Shown here in pieces: positions 1 to 14,731 of a DNA stretch of 64,000 nt (the first letter of the stretch is position 1; each line of letters opens with the position of its first letter). The notes below the pieces were generated by a model, which worked only from the letters and a program-made list of their open reading frames with translations, was not told where the DNA came from and searched no databases. The stretch comes from Schmidtea polychroa (lineage: Eukaryota): contig CM097885.1 of the NCBI GenBank assembly GCA_044892525.1, positions 21,764,001-21,828,000 on the forward strand, given 5' to 3'. Both the position numbers and the translations under genes were made by a program.

Positions 1-73
1 ATATTAACCATGGTAGAACCTTCAAATGTCTAAGTAACATCATATTGTATAACAATAATAATAAGCATGACTA

Positions 74-1790
<1,717 letters not shown>

Positions 1791-2172
1791 TAATAATATT
1801 AATAATAATAATAATGATAATAATGATTAAAACTTTGAAAATAACAACTTCCGCGCGGGCGTTAATATCTTTTCCAATAATAATGATAAATTAAATTATT
1901 ACGTAATCGATAATTAAAACAAAAAAAATATTATATAATCAACGATTTAAACAAAATTAAATTATTACATATTCGGTAATCAAAACAAAAATATTATTAT
2001 ATAATCAACGATTTAAACAAAAAGTAATTATTTCGTAATCGATAATTAAAACAAAAATAAACCGCTGGAACAAAAATAGATGTCTTTGTTACTAAAAATA
2101 GAACGACCATGATGTCTCAGCGGCTGAATCATGGTCTTTGTTTAAATTACCTTGATAATAAAAAAATTGATG

Positions 2173-2208
<36 letters not shown>

Positions 2209-2344
2209 TTAATAATAAATTTTGAAAATATCTTCGAAAATAATAATAATACTATTGATAATAATAAATAATAATACTATTGATAGTAATAAATAATAAA
2301 TCCAATGAGCGCGTCATTGTCTTTGTTCTGAAAATAAATGATAC

Positions 2345-2612
2345 TCAAATACCTTTCGACTGATATATATATATATATTATAAAGTTTGAAAAAATTCGA
2401 AGGTTTTGACCCTTTGAAGGCCGAGGACCCACCATACACCTTCGAGGGTATAATCATCATACTTACCTCTCAAATACCTTTCGAATGATATAAATATTAT
2501 AAGGCTGGAAAAATATTCGAAGGTTTTGTACCCTTTGAAGGCCGAGGACCTACCAAACACCTTCAAGGGTATGACCATCATATTAACCTCTCAAATACCT
2601 TTCGAATGATGC
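2345..2612 (+). repeat. ~120-bp tandem repeat (CTCAAATACCTTTCGAATGAT...GAAGGCCGAGGACC), also present at about 24700-25130
   Basis: Two full copies and one partial copy visible; the same units recur near 24.7-25.1 kb. Confidence 0.75.
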
Positions 2613-2761
2613 CCTTGACCTTAAAAATATGCCCTTGACATTAAAAATATGACCTTGACCTTTAAATATGACCTTAACCTTTAAAAATATGACCTTGATG
2701 AGTCATAGTATGAGTCATATGACCTTGGAAACGAACTTGATGAGTCATGGTCTTTGTTTCA

Positions 2762-3008
2762 ATGACCTTGGTGAGTCATCGGATGAGTCATATGACCTTG
2801 AATGAGTCATCGGATGAGTCATATGACCTTGAATGAGTCATCAGATGAGTCATATGACCTTGAATGAGTCATCAGATGAGTCATATGACCTTGAATGAGG
2901 CATCGGATGAGTCATATGCCCTTGAATGAGTCATCGGATGAGTCATATGACCTTGAATGAGTAATCGGATGAGTCATATGACCTTGAATGAGTCATCGGA
3001 TGAGTCAT
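2762..3008 (+). repeat. Minisatellite, 8 x 31 bp (ATGACCTTGAATGAGTCATCGGATGAGTCAT)
   Basis: Units start at 2762, 2792, 2823, 2854, 2885, 2916, 2947, 2978. Each has two ATGAGTCAT and one TGACCTTGA, with a few point variants. Confidence 0.95.
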
Positions 3009-3158
3009 GGTCTTTGTTTCAATGACCTTGATGAGTCATATGTCTTTGTTTAAAATTTCACCTTGAGAAAAAAATTAAAATGGCGGGGGGAGGGGAGGGG
3101 GGTATGTCTTTGTCCCAGAGGGCCGCTGGTTTAGTAGGCCGCTATCCCTCTACTAACT

Positions 3159-4230
3159 ATCCCTACTCAAAATTTTAGAAGAGAACAATTGAAAATATCC
3201 GTAATTGAAAACCACAAATAATCTAAAAACAGCATACATAATGAATAATGACGTAAGACCTTCTATCGGCCGTCTAGAACCCGAAGAGAAAATACAATGG
3301 GGAGTAGTTTTTGTAATAGAGCTCACCTGCTCATTGTTTTTCACCTTTGTGTACAGTACCAACATGGTCGTCGCCATGGGTACACAAATGGTTTAAATTG
3401 CAATAGTCATGGAGGTGCTTAGGAAAGAGTCGAACGAATATCTATGATTACCTCTAATGTATTTTAAAATGTAAAAGTGACACACCCCTAAGTAACCAAC
3501 AAAATCAATTAAAATTTACTAAAAATCGAAAATCAATACGGAACTGAGGAAACCGTTGTGGTTGAAAGCCAAATTGAGAAATTATAATGAAAATTTAATA
3601 GGAGTTTCACAGGGAAAGTTATAACGAAAAAACAAATTAAATAAAGTTAATTAATCTGTAATGGGAAGTCTGAGCTAATGAGGAACTCAAAGTGCATTGA
3701 GACCTGACCGACTAGATAGTAAAGTGAACTCACTCGAGCCCCAACAAATTAAAATGATTTAACAACCCTCAAAATATTTACCCAAGATTCTCGAAAGCTA
3801 ATCATTTCAATAATCCTAAATTCTGTAGGCAATTGCCCTCTTAGAAAAGTTTAAAAGAGAGCTCAAAAACAGACAATCCGCCAGTTTTCGAAGAAACAAG
3901 AAAAAAATTGAGTGAATAAGTAAGTCAGCGATCAGAAGATAAAATCTAGTAATTAAAAGCAATTTTAACTCTAGCACCCGAAAAGGTGATTGCCCATTGG
4001 GTTGTCTACCCTAGGGAGCAATATTTATTAGAGAGAAAGGTGCAAATCTAGTGACAAATTGAAATTGTGATTGAAGTTTAATAAAGTTAATCCGTGGTGG
4101 TTTCGATTATTTGTTTAAATAAGAACACGAGTAGTCAGAGAAAACCGACTTGCAAAATATGGAATATTTTCTCTATATCTCAAGGGTTTTGGTACTTCAT
4201 AAGCCCCTCCTTCCCCTTGATTGTAACTGT
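3159..4230 (+). mobile_element. Degraded LTR-like fragment related to the LTR at 57762-60211, interrupted on the left by the Polinton end
   Basis: 3250-3363 matches 58885-58768 (minus) in four conserved blocks. GTAACC(CC)AACA follows at a similar distance in both copies. Right boundary is approximate. Confidence 0.45.
3250..3363 (+). ncRNA. Putative structured cis-acting RNA element, copy A
   Basis: Conserved blocks GACGTAAG-CCTTCTATCGGC-GTC, GGAGTAGTTTT, AGCTCACCTGCT, CAGTACCAAC. Stem ACAATGGG/CTCATTGT covaries with copy B. Confidence 0.55.
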
Positions 4231-4292
4231 ATAACTAATAAATGAGAAAGCAAATTATTATTTGTATTTATTGAAACACCAACAATAAAGTA

Positions 4293-5653
4293 TCAGTTTC
4301 CTTTAGTACTATTTTCTGGATTTTTTTCGCTTTCACTGTTTGTGTAATCTGAAATGTCGATTAAAACAAAATTAAATCTTATATAAGAAATCACCGTAAT
4401 AAACACGACTAAAAGTGATTCCAGGACTTGCTTGATTGGAACTGTAATTTTGATTAAATTATTTCATAACAATAAGTCAACTCTAATCTACCTTCGACAG
4501 AAAATTCCATTGTTCAAGGTTGGATTGACTTCCGATTTGAAAAACGGAACCCTGGGTATTACATATAGGAAATAATTCCCGTTTCCATTGTTACCAAACA
4601 CCTGATGAGCCGCCCAACAAATTGGACTCGCCTGGAAGAGATATTTCAAAAAAGAAAACTCTTTACAAATTTACTGTTGAATAAACTTTGAAGCCGACAC
4701 AAATTGAGGATGAGTTGCAGGTCGTTGGGCAAGAAACACTCACAGGTCCTTCGGTTTGGGAATTCTGCAATTTTTCATTCGTTTCAAATGATTCACGACA
4801 ATCGTCAATCTTCATTGTCGCTAAATTAATTACATTTCAATAGAAAATTAGTAATAAAAATAATGATATTACGGGAATATTGGCAGTTATGCATTACAGA
4901 CAACCTGATGCTTGAGCCTTGCTCTTTGTCTGCATGTAGAACTAGTTTCAGTTCTTCAGCAGGCACCGGGTCAAATATTAAAACTTTATTTTCATTATTT
5001 GCAGAAAGACCGAGATTATATCCCTAAATCAAGTGATTTAGTAAAACAAACATTCAGAACCGAATATAACCAGCTCCCCTGTTGTTGGAACTGCTACAAG
5101 ATTCCAAGGACCTTTTGATGAACCTTTCCATATTATTTCAATAGTTTTAATAACATCCTTTCCATCCTTTCCTGGTCTAATTAGTAAACCACAAACGTTA
5201 CTATTATTTCGTGGCAAAATCACCTTTTTAAAATATATAAATAAAAGCATTAAAATACAAATTTCAAATGAATACGTTAAGAACAATTGGTGTTTCACTA
5301 GGCTTGAATGATATCCCATTTCCCGAATTGAACTTTCCATCATTCTGAATGTTGTCCACAGAGCTTGTAACTGATTCCCCATTGGTTTGGAATTTTAGAT
5401 TTTCCTCGTAAAAATCCGCACCTAAAAGTTATTCTCATCCAATCAAAGTCCAGTAATTTTCTACCTGTCAAAATGAGATCTTTTGGAAGTCCAATTGACC
5501 GTTTTTCTCTCAATTCTCCCGACACGATTTGCCACAAATTCTGATCAGAATCTTTACAATTTATCCCAATTAAACCTTGAGAATAAAATTCAAAATTAAT
5601 GATAAAAATACAAAATATTAACTCAGCGCAATAATTATTAGCAAAAGTTTCAT
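4293..5653 (-). CDS. Secreted protein, 326 aa: signal peptide, furin-like REKR site, discoidin/F5-8C-like domain, C-terminal LCCL domain; 9 exons
   Basis: Exons 5623-5653, 5465-5575, 5276-5421, 5071-5223, 4873-5023, 4675-4820, 4492-4631, 4395-4441, 4293-4348 splice in frame through eight GT-AG introns of 43-52 nt. N-terminus MKLLLIIIALSLIGINC. LCCL pattern CPTTC..CVGFKVYSTASPICWAAH...NGI. AATAAA at 4272-4267. The discoidin call is weaker than the LCCL call. Confidence 0.85.
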
Positions 5654-8600
5654 TTTTGATTACTACTCATAAACAATAAACATATTTCTGGAGCAACCTT
5701 TATACCATTTCTTACCTCCATCTGGTATATAATGTCCAGGTAACACGTGGAGACCTAACTTGATTTTTATTACAAAAATAATATTTTCCCACCAAAAATA
5801 TTCTATAAATGGAACTTTGTTTTTTTTCTGGCGGTTTTATGATTGTTTACGTATGCGATCCTTATGGAGCTTTGACAGCCTTTTATTAATGCACTGTTAC
5901 GTTTATTTATTTGTAAACAATAATTTATTATTATGAAATTTACTATTTTGTTTTGTTGAATGACTCTTAAATAATTTTTCTAGGGAAAAATTAAAAAATA
6001 AACGAAAACTTTCGAATTGAGTTGACGTTTGATGGCTATCGGTTTAAAATTTGTATTGGATATTTCACCCGCCATAAGGATAAAGTGTCGAAGCCTTTTT
6101 TTTGGGATTCAAGAGTTAGAGTTGGGAGTAATTATTGTTTAATTAAAGCATAACGAAATATAAATTTGTCCTCGAACAAACATCACCCTAAAACATTATT
6201 TAGGGCCTATTTTCAGCTCCTTTACATCCACTCTCACCGTGTGATATCTTGAAAGAAACATTGAGGAGGATAATCTTTTTTTGTCATAAAAAACACTCAT
6301 TTAAATTTCATTCAATCCTTTTAGTATTAAATACTTCATCTCAATGTTACCTTTGACTGACTCTTCCTTTCCTAATGAGAATGTGATTGTCATCCGTGAG
6401 TGGTAAGGTCTTACGTATAATATAATAAGGTAAATAATGCCGGGTAAAATTCACCAACATAAATGCAGAGGCACTTTCAATTAAAAAATAACCGAATATA
6501 AAATATAAATCAACAACTAATTTATTCCAATACAAATTAATTAATAAATATGCGAGAATATTTCAACATGATTACATTATGTCAGTGAGTTATCCTTACA
6601 TATCCTTACATTATAATTATTAAAGTATCCTTAACATAGTATTAAATTAAAAATCAAAAATTTTACATGTTGTTAAAAGCATTTCATTGTCTTTATGAAT
6701 TGTAATTTTTATTGTAGACTTCTAAAAAAGGAGAAGATGGATGGTGGGAATCTGTCTTTACCTAAAACAGGATAATGTTTGACCACATGCCTCTTTCAAA
6801 AGCTTAACAATTCCAACTCAATATCTTGCCAACCCCTTATTCACCCGACGTGGTACCGCCAAACTTGTATTTTTTCGCCCCTATGAAAATGGTATTATGT
6901 GGTTAGAGTTTCATCTCTGCTACCGAAGTACAAATAGAGTTTCAAGTGTGCGTTGATTCAAAACCACCCACATTTTTCGAAGGTGCTAATTTTGTTGTTG
7001 TTTATGGTGGAAGCTTTGTGGCCAAACCAGTATATCATCTACCAATGCCATTAGGCAAGACTATTCTTTAAATAATGGAGGAGTCGGGATAATACCTCTA
7101 AGGAAAAAAATAGGCAGATGCGACATAAAAATAAGAAATTAATATAATAATTTCAAGTCCACGGAGAATTCCTCAGTAAAAGTCATTGATGATAAATAAA
7201 TTAATTAAAATATTTGTTGACGACTATAATTGTTTTTGTAGGTAATCACTAAACTCAATTCCACCCACTGTAATTACTTGGCACCATCGGATGTCTTTGC
7301 AAACTTTTAACCATGTTTACACCTCTTTGGTGAAAAAAAGGATTATATGAGTTGCTGATACGCATAGTTTGTAAAATATTAAATGTATTTATACACATTT
7401 CATAAGATTGTTATAACAAATTTTCATATAGGATAGTGGAGTGCCATGTTCTGATGAACTTGATAAAACTTCGGTGAAATTAGAAAATAATTTTAGAAAA
7501 ATAATTGACGAATAAAACAAGAAAATTAAATAAGAATACAGAAATTGTTAGTAAAGTTATAGTTAAAAATATAGTTACCGTTTGAATCTATTTTGCACTT
7601 TAATTACCCAGCCATTTAGAAGACTTCAACTAAGGGCGCAATACCTCTCTATGCGTAAGTACAAAGAAGTTCTCAACCCCTTCCCCACGTTTGAAAAGCT
7701 AATTTACCCAGTCACAAGACATTAAAGATATTATTTTGCATATACCTAATTTTGAATGTCAAGTTCACTCACGTTAGGTTCGCTGGGTAAAAGATAGAAC
7801 TAGAACAATACAAATATTTTGTACAAATAAACACTGGTTGCTAAATATAATTTCTGTTAAACGAGTGATTGTGCAATTTTCGAATTCTGCTCAATTTGTT
7901 TTCGTGTGTCTCTATTGATTGTGTCTCTTTTGAGTTTTCTTGGTGTCTGATTATTGTATCAAAATTTATATCGACTTTTGCGTCTAACTTGATCCTCCCT
8001 TAACTCAAATTTTAATCGCTATTTATATTAATGATTTATAACTTATTCTATAAATAGTGATTATTTAATTACTATTTTTACTTTTATATATTTATTTAAA
8101 TACTATTTAAATATTTATAATTTATTTCTATTTATAGTGATTATTAAATACTATTAATAATTTATTTTGTTTGTTATCTAAAGCTTCCTTATTGTCTTTC
8201 TCCTAGTTCCTACTGAAACCCAACATTCAGTAAAATAGACAAAAGAACATTCAACTTTTAGTTTTTAACTATTTAAAAATTAAACCATAACAATACTACA
8301 CGAAAGCGAAAAATCCATCCATCAATACGTCTATCACCAATTCATACATTATGTTTTCATTACAAGTGTCCTAAAATCATCAATACATTTTCATGGTTCT
8401 AAGCACTATGATGCCTTTAAAATGACCTCAAATCATATCATCTTATTTCATTTTTATTTCACTTATCAATTTCATACTTTTCTTAAAGTTCATCGTTAAT
8501 AAATAATCAAAGAAAGAAGGCAAAGTTTTAATAATAGAGAATCGCCAAACATGTATATTAAAATATAGCATTGCTATATATTTCAACCGTTTAAAAGTCT

Positions 8601-9141
8601 TCTTCAGGCTAGGAATAAAATTAATGACAACAGTTGGGTATTGTGTGGACCCGGGAACAAAGACATATGACGTCATCGATGACGTCAAAAAGGCATATGA
8701 CGTCATACTCCCACCCCCGGGGAGGGGGTTTTTTTTTTAAATTTTTAAATTTTTTTTAAAAAATATATTACGTTGCGGTATTTTAAAATTTATTATATTT
8801 TAATTATTAAATATATTACGTTGCGGTATTTTAAAAAACTTATTTTGACGGTTAAGTTGACAAAATTATTATTACACACAATATAGTCTATCAGACAAGA
8901 TATTCTGTCACACACACAATCTATAAAAAATATTATTAGTGTCCACACACGCAACAAGTTAGTGTTCTCATCGATAGCTATTGATATATTATTATTATTA
9001 TTAATCTATATACTCCGAGTCTATCCGACAAAATATTCTGTCCCCTTATGGGTACTGCTCACAAGGGTACTGGTCACGCTCAACAACTCGCAAGGGTACA
9101 ATGATATTATTAAACAATGTAATAAAACACATATTTTCTAA

Positions 9142-9189
<48 letters not shown>

Positions 9190-9369
9190 GGGTACTGCTC
9201 ACAAAGGTAAAGGTCACAAAACACACTGGGTAAAGGTCATAAAGGTAACTAACAAAACTTTAACATATTATTATTATTACACACAATGTATAAAAATTGT
9301 TCACAAAGTTACTGTTAAAAAATATTCAAGACAATATGACTAATACATTTATTAAATAATTTAAACACA

Positions 9370-12300
9370 TCATCGACAATAATTATCATCTGCTGGATCA
9401 TGGAAATCATCTGTATCATCTGCTGAGATAGCTTCCGTTGAATCTATAAATATATCGGTGTCACCGCCCCTATAATGGCCATATGCCAAACTTTGATTTT
9501 TATCCACACAATTTCGCTTATCATCTCTACATGTCAAGGCTCTTTTATTATTTTTAATACTAAAAAGTTGGTGATTTTTTGACGTTATTCTAAACTGAGG
9601 GACTGTGTATATTTTATCATTTAAATAACAATCTAGATACGACTGATGTGTTAGTCCAGTATCTTTCATACTTATCTCCTTAGCGTTCATACTTTCCTCG
9701 ACACCCATCAAACTGTAACATTTAGGTCTCAAGAACACCCAATCTTTATATAATAACCCTTTATTCTCGTCTTTGAATTTACCAATGACAGAATCAAGGT
9801 TCCTACTATATAAAGGATGATTTGGGTCATAATTCGAAGTATCTAATAATTGATCTCTAATCATCGCAGGTAAAAGAATGTTAAGACTACAATGTTTAAT
9901 TTCCAAGAAGAAGGAATCTGTGTCTCCAGCAACGATATTAATTTCGCAGTTGAATTCGTCGCGATATTTTTGCAACTCTTCATACTGCAGCTGGTACATC
10001 CTGAGTTTGGATAAATCAAGTACGGTTTGACCAATGTAACTAGGTCTATTCAAACACACTATGTCCTTCCTCAATAAAACCGAAATCAAGTCATCATCGA
10101 TTTTCGTGGATTTACGAAAAGTCGGTTTCGAACAGAATGTTAATAATCTCTGTGAAGAATTACACAGACGTAAATTAATACGTTTTTTAAGATTTTCAAC
10201 AGTCTTGCCGTAAAGACTGTTGTTTAATAATTTATAAAAATTTTTATCGAGTTTATTTGTCGACGCTGCTCGTAACGCCGTATTTGTGTAAATATAATTT
10301 TTGAAAATTTTATCTTGTTTAAATTTAATTGCTCTATGTGTTTTTGATATTTTAACACCTAATTTAATAAATATTTGTAGAAGCCTCCAATGAAGAACAT
10401 AGTTCCTCTTGGGGCTGTGTGTAAGCAACAGCTTCTCTATTTTCGAACCCGGTACACACATCTTTTCAGCGGCAACGGGAAGATCGTCCAGTTTGTCGTG
10501 AATTGACGTCGGTATTTCTAAATCCACTTCTATGGTATAACCATAATCAAGCAGATCTAAATCTACCGTTGTGCATTCAACAATTATATTATTTAATAAA
10601 TTATCATCAGTAACCCATTCAAAGTCACTGCAAGGTAATGGTTGACTTAAAGCCCAACCGTATAAATTATTTATATCTATGTAAAGCAAAGCGGTATCCG
10701 GGTCTGTTTTTACATAATGTTTAATTACAAAAGTTAGTCCGCCACGGATACCGCCCTCGAAAAAGTTATACATCTCCATATCGGTGAGGAGCTCAATTGG
10801 AGAGTTTAAAGTTAATAAGGCTGAATTCCAAGACATACCTGGAATCCCTAAGAAATTTAATGGCTCTAGTCGGTTATGAGCAATGGACTTAGCTCTAAAT
10901 TGCTGGAAAAAATCGGCTAAAAGGAAAACATCAAGTTTTAAATAAACCATCATGTAATCGAAAAGTGAAGTACATGAAGTTTCAACCCAAATTCGCTGAG
11001 CTGTCTCATATTCAGCGGGAGTCACATCTTTCCAAATAGGAGGTAACTGACGAGTGTTATGTAAAACCTCTAATGAAGTTTCGGCATCATAAGGAAAAAT
11101 CCCCTTTGCAGTTATTATTGTACCCTGAAATTCTGATTCGGTCAAGGGTAAAGATGATAAAGTTTTGACAGCATTATTTAAAGACTCGCTGACAAATTGA
11201 TAAGAGTCTATAAATTTAACAGTTAATGAGTCAATCCTAGCAAAAAGACTAAGGAATTTCTCGCTGGTTAAAGGAATACAACTAATATTCCATGAATGAT
11301 ATTTTTGAAAAGCCAAATTTCAAGATATGATGCAGATCATAACCCTTTAAATTATGAAATACTACAGGAAGGGTATGTCTAATTTGCCTCGACAGATTAC
11401 AAGTTGTACAAGCGGCACCGAGATATAGACCGGTAAAATGATCATGGTCCCTAACTGGACTAACTAAAGGCTTATTGCACAAATAGCATGGTGTGCTGTT
11501 TTCAAACATTAATTGTTGCTCATCTGTAATTATCATTTTCTTTTGATAATTTTTATAATAATAAGGAGTTACAATATATTTCCCTATCATTTCAATTTCA
11601 GTAAGAAATTGATCGACACAATCTAAACCGGTGAACGACTTATAAATTTTTACGCCCGTAAAATTATTAATAAAAAGCATACCGGCAGAAATAGGCAGAT
11701 GACGTTGAAAGTAGTGAGTGTCTTTAGGTAAGATAGCCTCAAAGTCAGCGTAAATAACAAAAGGAGGAGTGACTGTTTTACTCCAATCAGTAAATTCTAA
11801 ATATTTATTTTTAGGCAATGTGTACAAGGTAGTACCAAGCTGATTTTTATCGCAAAGACCCTTATGTCTATTAAAAGCGTCATCATTTCTAAAACCGTTT
11901 AAACATCTAGGGCACCACTGACTACAAATCCTAACAGGAGTGATTGAACTATTCCTACAATTAAGGAATCTATTTAGGTCTGTGATTCCAAGATAATGAT
12001 AATTATCATTCTTTTCAATTAATAATAAATTGATAGGTATGGCTCCTACTATCTTACTCCTGTATATTATATCAATAAAGGGATGTTTCATAACTGCATC
12101 TTCATCGGAAATGTCAATCAAAGCCTTTTCGTTATAAGTAAGAACATTTATACTATAACCTGGATTTTGTTGTTCAAATTTACTTATATTTGATAGTTTC
12201 ATCGGCATATCATTAGGATCAAATTTAATTTCAGAAAGATTGTATGAATTAGGGCGATTTCTATATTGCCTATTTATACTATCATATTTAATAATTGACA

Positions 12301-13260
12301 AGAAACTATACAAAAAACAGAAGTGGTCATTATTAACTACATTAACGAGACAGCTTAAGTTTCATAAAGATTTTGGGGTTTCAATAAAACTTCTACCACT
12401 TAACCGACTTATTTCAGCAAATTTAGTCAGAACAAAGCTTATGTATTCTATTTTATTGATAGTCCAATTACTACCTTTCTCATTAATTTTAATTATTTTT
12501 TCATTTAAACGAGCAATACCTTCGTCAATGAATGTATCGCTCCAAACTCGGGCGGAATTCGAGATTGCAAAAGATTGTAACTCATCATCTTTTATAAATT
12601 CCACCTTTAGACAAAATTGAATTTTACATGATATTTATTTATTTATTAAAATGTCTGGTACAGAGACCGTTTTTAAATCTAAAGACGAAACGTCCATTTT
12701 TAATATAATATGATTATTATTTAAATCACTGGTGACATCTACGACACCATAACCTATTTGATTAATATTATTATAATTATTATTATTACCATTATTATAA
12801 TAAATATTACTACTACTACTACTATTATCAATTTCATCATCACTTATGTTGATTATTTCATCATCACTTATTGTAATTACATCAATAACTTTAGATTTTT
12901 TACTTGGTATTGAATTTATTTTTTCATTATTTTTTCTTTTATTCATATTAATTAGATTATTTATTTGATCATTTAATTTATTTACTTGATCTTTTAGTTT
13001 AGTTATTTCGTTTATATCATTATTATTGGTGTTGTTAGTATTATTGTTGATGATATTATTATTATTATTATTGTTGTTGATATTATTATTATTGTTGTTG
13101 ATATTATTATTATTGCTGTTGATATTATTATTATTGTTGTTGTTGATATTATTATTGCTGTTGATATTATTATTATTATTGTTGATATTATTATTATTAT
13201 TATTGCTGTTGATATTATTATTATTATTGTTGTTGTTGATATTATTATTATTGTTGTTGA

Positions 13261-13303
<43 letters not shown>

Positions 13304-14024
13304 AAACGATTCATATAAGCTATAGAAAAGAGACTTCTTAGAAGGTTTAAATTGTTGGAGATGGAGTCCATGCTTATTATAAAATTCCTTATACGTTATA
13401 ACTTCAATAACCTCACATTTAGGGCATAGAATGTAGGTGACACCGTTATATTTATGACTATAATATCTTTCCATTATATCATCGCAGTCATTATGATATT
13501 GACTATTACAAAAGTTTTGGTATTTCAAACCTATGAAAATATTTTTATCATAAAATGTTTAAAAAATATTAAGATAATTTTAATAATCATTTTTAAAGTT
13601 TAAGATATTTTTCGTAAGATATTATTCAAAATTGTCTTTTAAATAGTATCTTATAAAAAATATTATAAAAAAATATATAATTTAATTCGTTTTCATAAAT
13701 AATTTAATTCATTTTCATAAATAAATAATTCATTTTCTAAAATAGATTTTATTTTCATAAATAATATATAAAAGTTATTAATTATAATGTTCAAAATCAT
13801 CATATTTAATAAATCTTCTTTTCAAAATCATCATAAATAAATAAAGAAATCTTCTTTTCATAAATCTTCTTTTCAAAATCATCATAAATAAATCTTCTTT
13901 TCATGAATAAATCTTCTTTTCATAAATAATCCTTTCAAAATCATCATAAATAAATCTTCTTTTAAAATATCTTCTTTTCATGAATAAATCTTCTTTTCAT
14001 AAGTTTCTTTATAATCTTCTTTTA

Positions 14025-14060
<36 letters not shown>

Positions 14061-14388
14061 ATTGTTTAAAAAACTTAAAAACTTATAACAATAAATAAAT
14101 ACTTACATTTTCGTCCTTTCGAAAGAAATTTTCCAGCATCAGAACCAGCAGAAGTATTTATTACATTTCCATCTAAAAGCATAATAAAAATAATAATGAT
14201 TATAATAGTAAACTATTACCATTTATTCTATTCATGTCTACAGCTTGTCCGTCGATATTCATTTTAATTTGTTGATTAGTACCTAATAATCATATTAAAA
14301 ATAATAAAATAATAAATTTACCATTAATTCCTCCAACGATCTTTCCGTCAACTCTTTGAATATTGTTGTTGTTGTTGTTGTTGTTCAT
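9370..14388 (-). pseudogene. Protein-primed family B DNA polymerase (pPolB) with spliced N-terminal leader, TP-like region, OTU-like and EndoVII/HNH domains; disrupted
   Basis: Motifs VIYADFE, VFHNLKGYD, KGIFPYD, YLKLDV, YIDINNLYG, KLLNNSLYGK, GDTDS, GKFKDE, DDKR; CYLC..RDHDH..CTTCN; NNDHFCF..HY. The four ORF-track pieces join through in-frame TAA (12635-12637), TGA (12362-12364) and a 1-nt frameshift near 11302-11310. Leader exons 14322-14388, 14220-14282, 14107-14172, then 13530 onward. AATAAA at 9353-9348. Confidence 0.9.
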
Positions 14389-14414
14389 GTGTTAAATATT
14401 ATTAATAGATTTTT

Positions 14415-14452
14415 AAAAGTGATGAAAAAATGAAAGTGTAGACTATATAAGA
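14415..14452 (-). promoter_or_regulatory. Candidate Pol II core promoter of pPolB: TATA (TTATATAG) plus Inr-like TCACTT
   Basis: TATATA at 14449-14444, TCACTT about 25 nt downstream, ATG at 14388. Confidence 0.5.
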
Positions 14453-14731
14453 GAGATATTACAGGTTTTATTAACCGAACAATGAAAATAGAGATAGGAT
14501 AGGAAAAGACACTACATGTTTGTTTATACAAACCATTACGAAATAATGACCTTTACAAGTCTTTATTACTCAGTGCTTTGTTACTTTGCACTGTGCATGC
14601 ACTGAACATGTAATAGTATTACATAATATTTTTAAACATAAAATAATAATATTTAACAAATAATAATATTTAACAATATTTAACAAATAATTAAAATAGT
14701 CAACAAATAAAAATCATACAGTATACATTTA

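Noticed and set aside
2762..3008. 31-bp and 37-bp arrays as CRISPR-like loci
   Set aside because: Units are head-to-tail with no unique spacers, there are no cas genes, and the context is eukaryotic.
3158..8632. LCCL gene captured as Polinton cargo
   Set aside because: The two termini belong to different families and the gene lies outside both elements; it has ordinary host intron structure.
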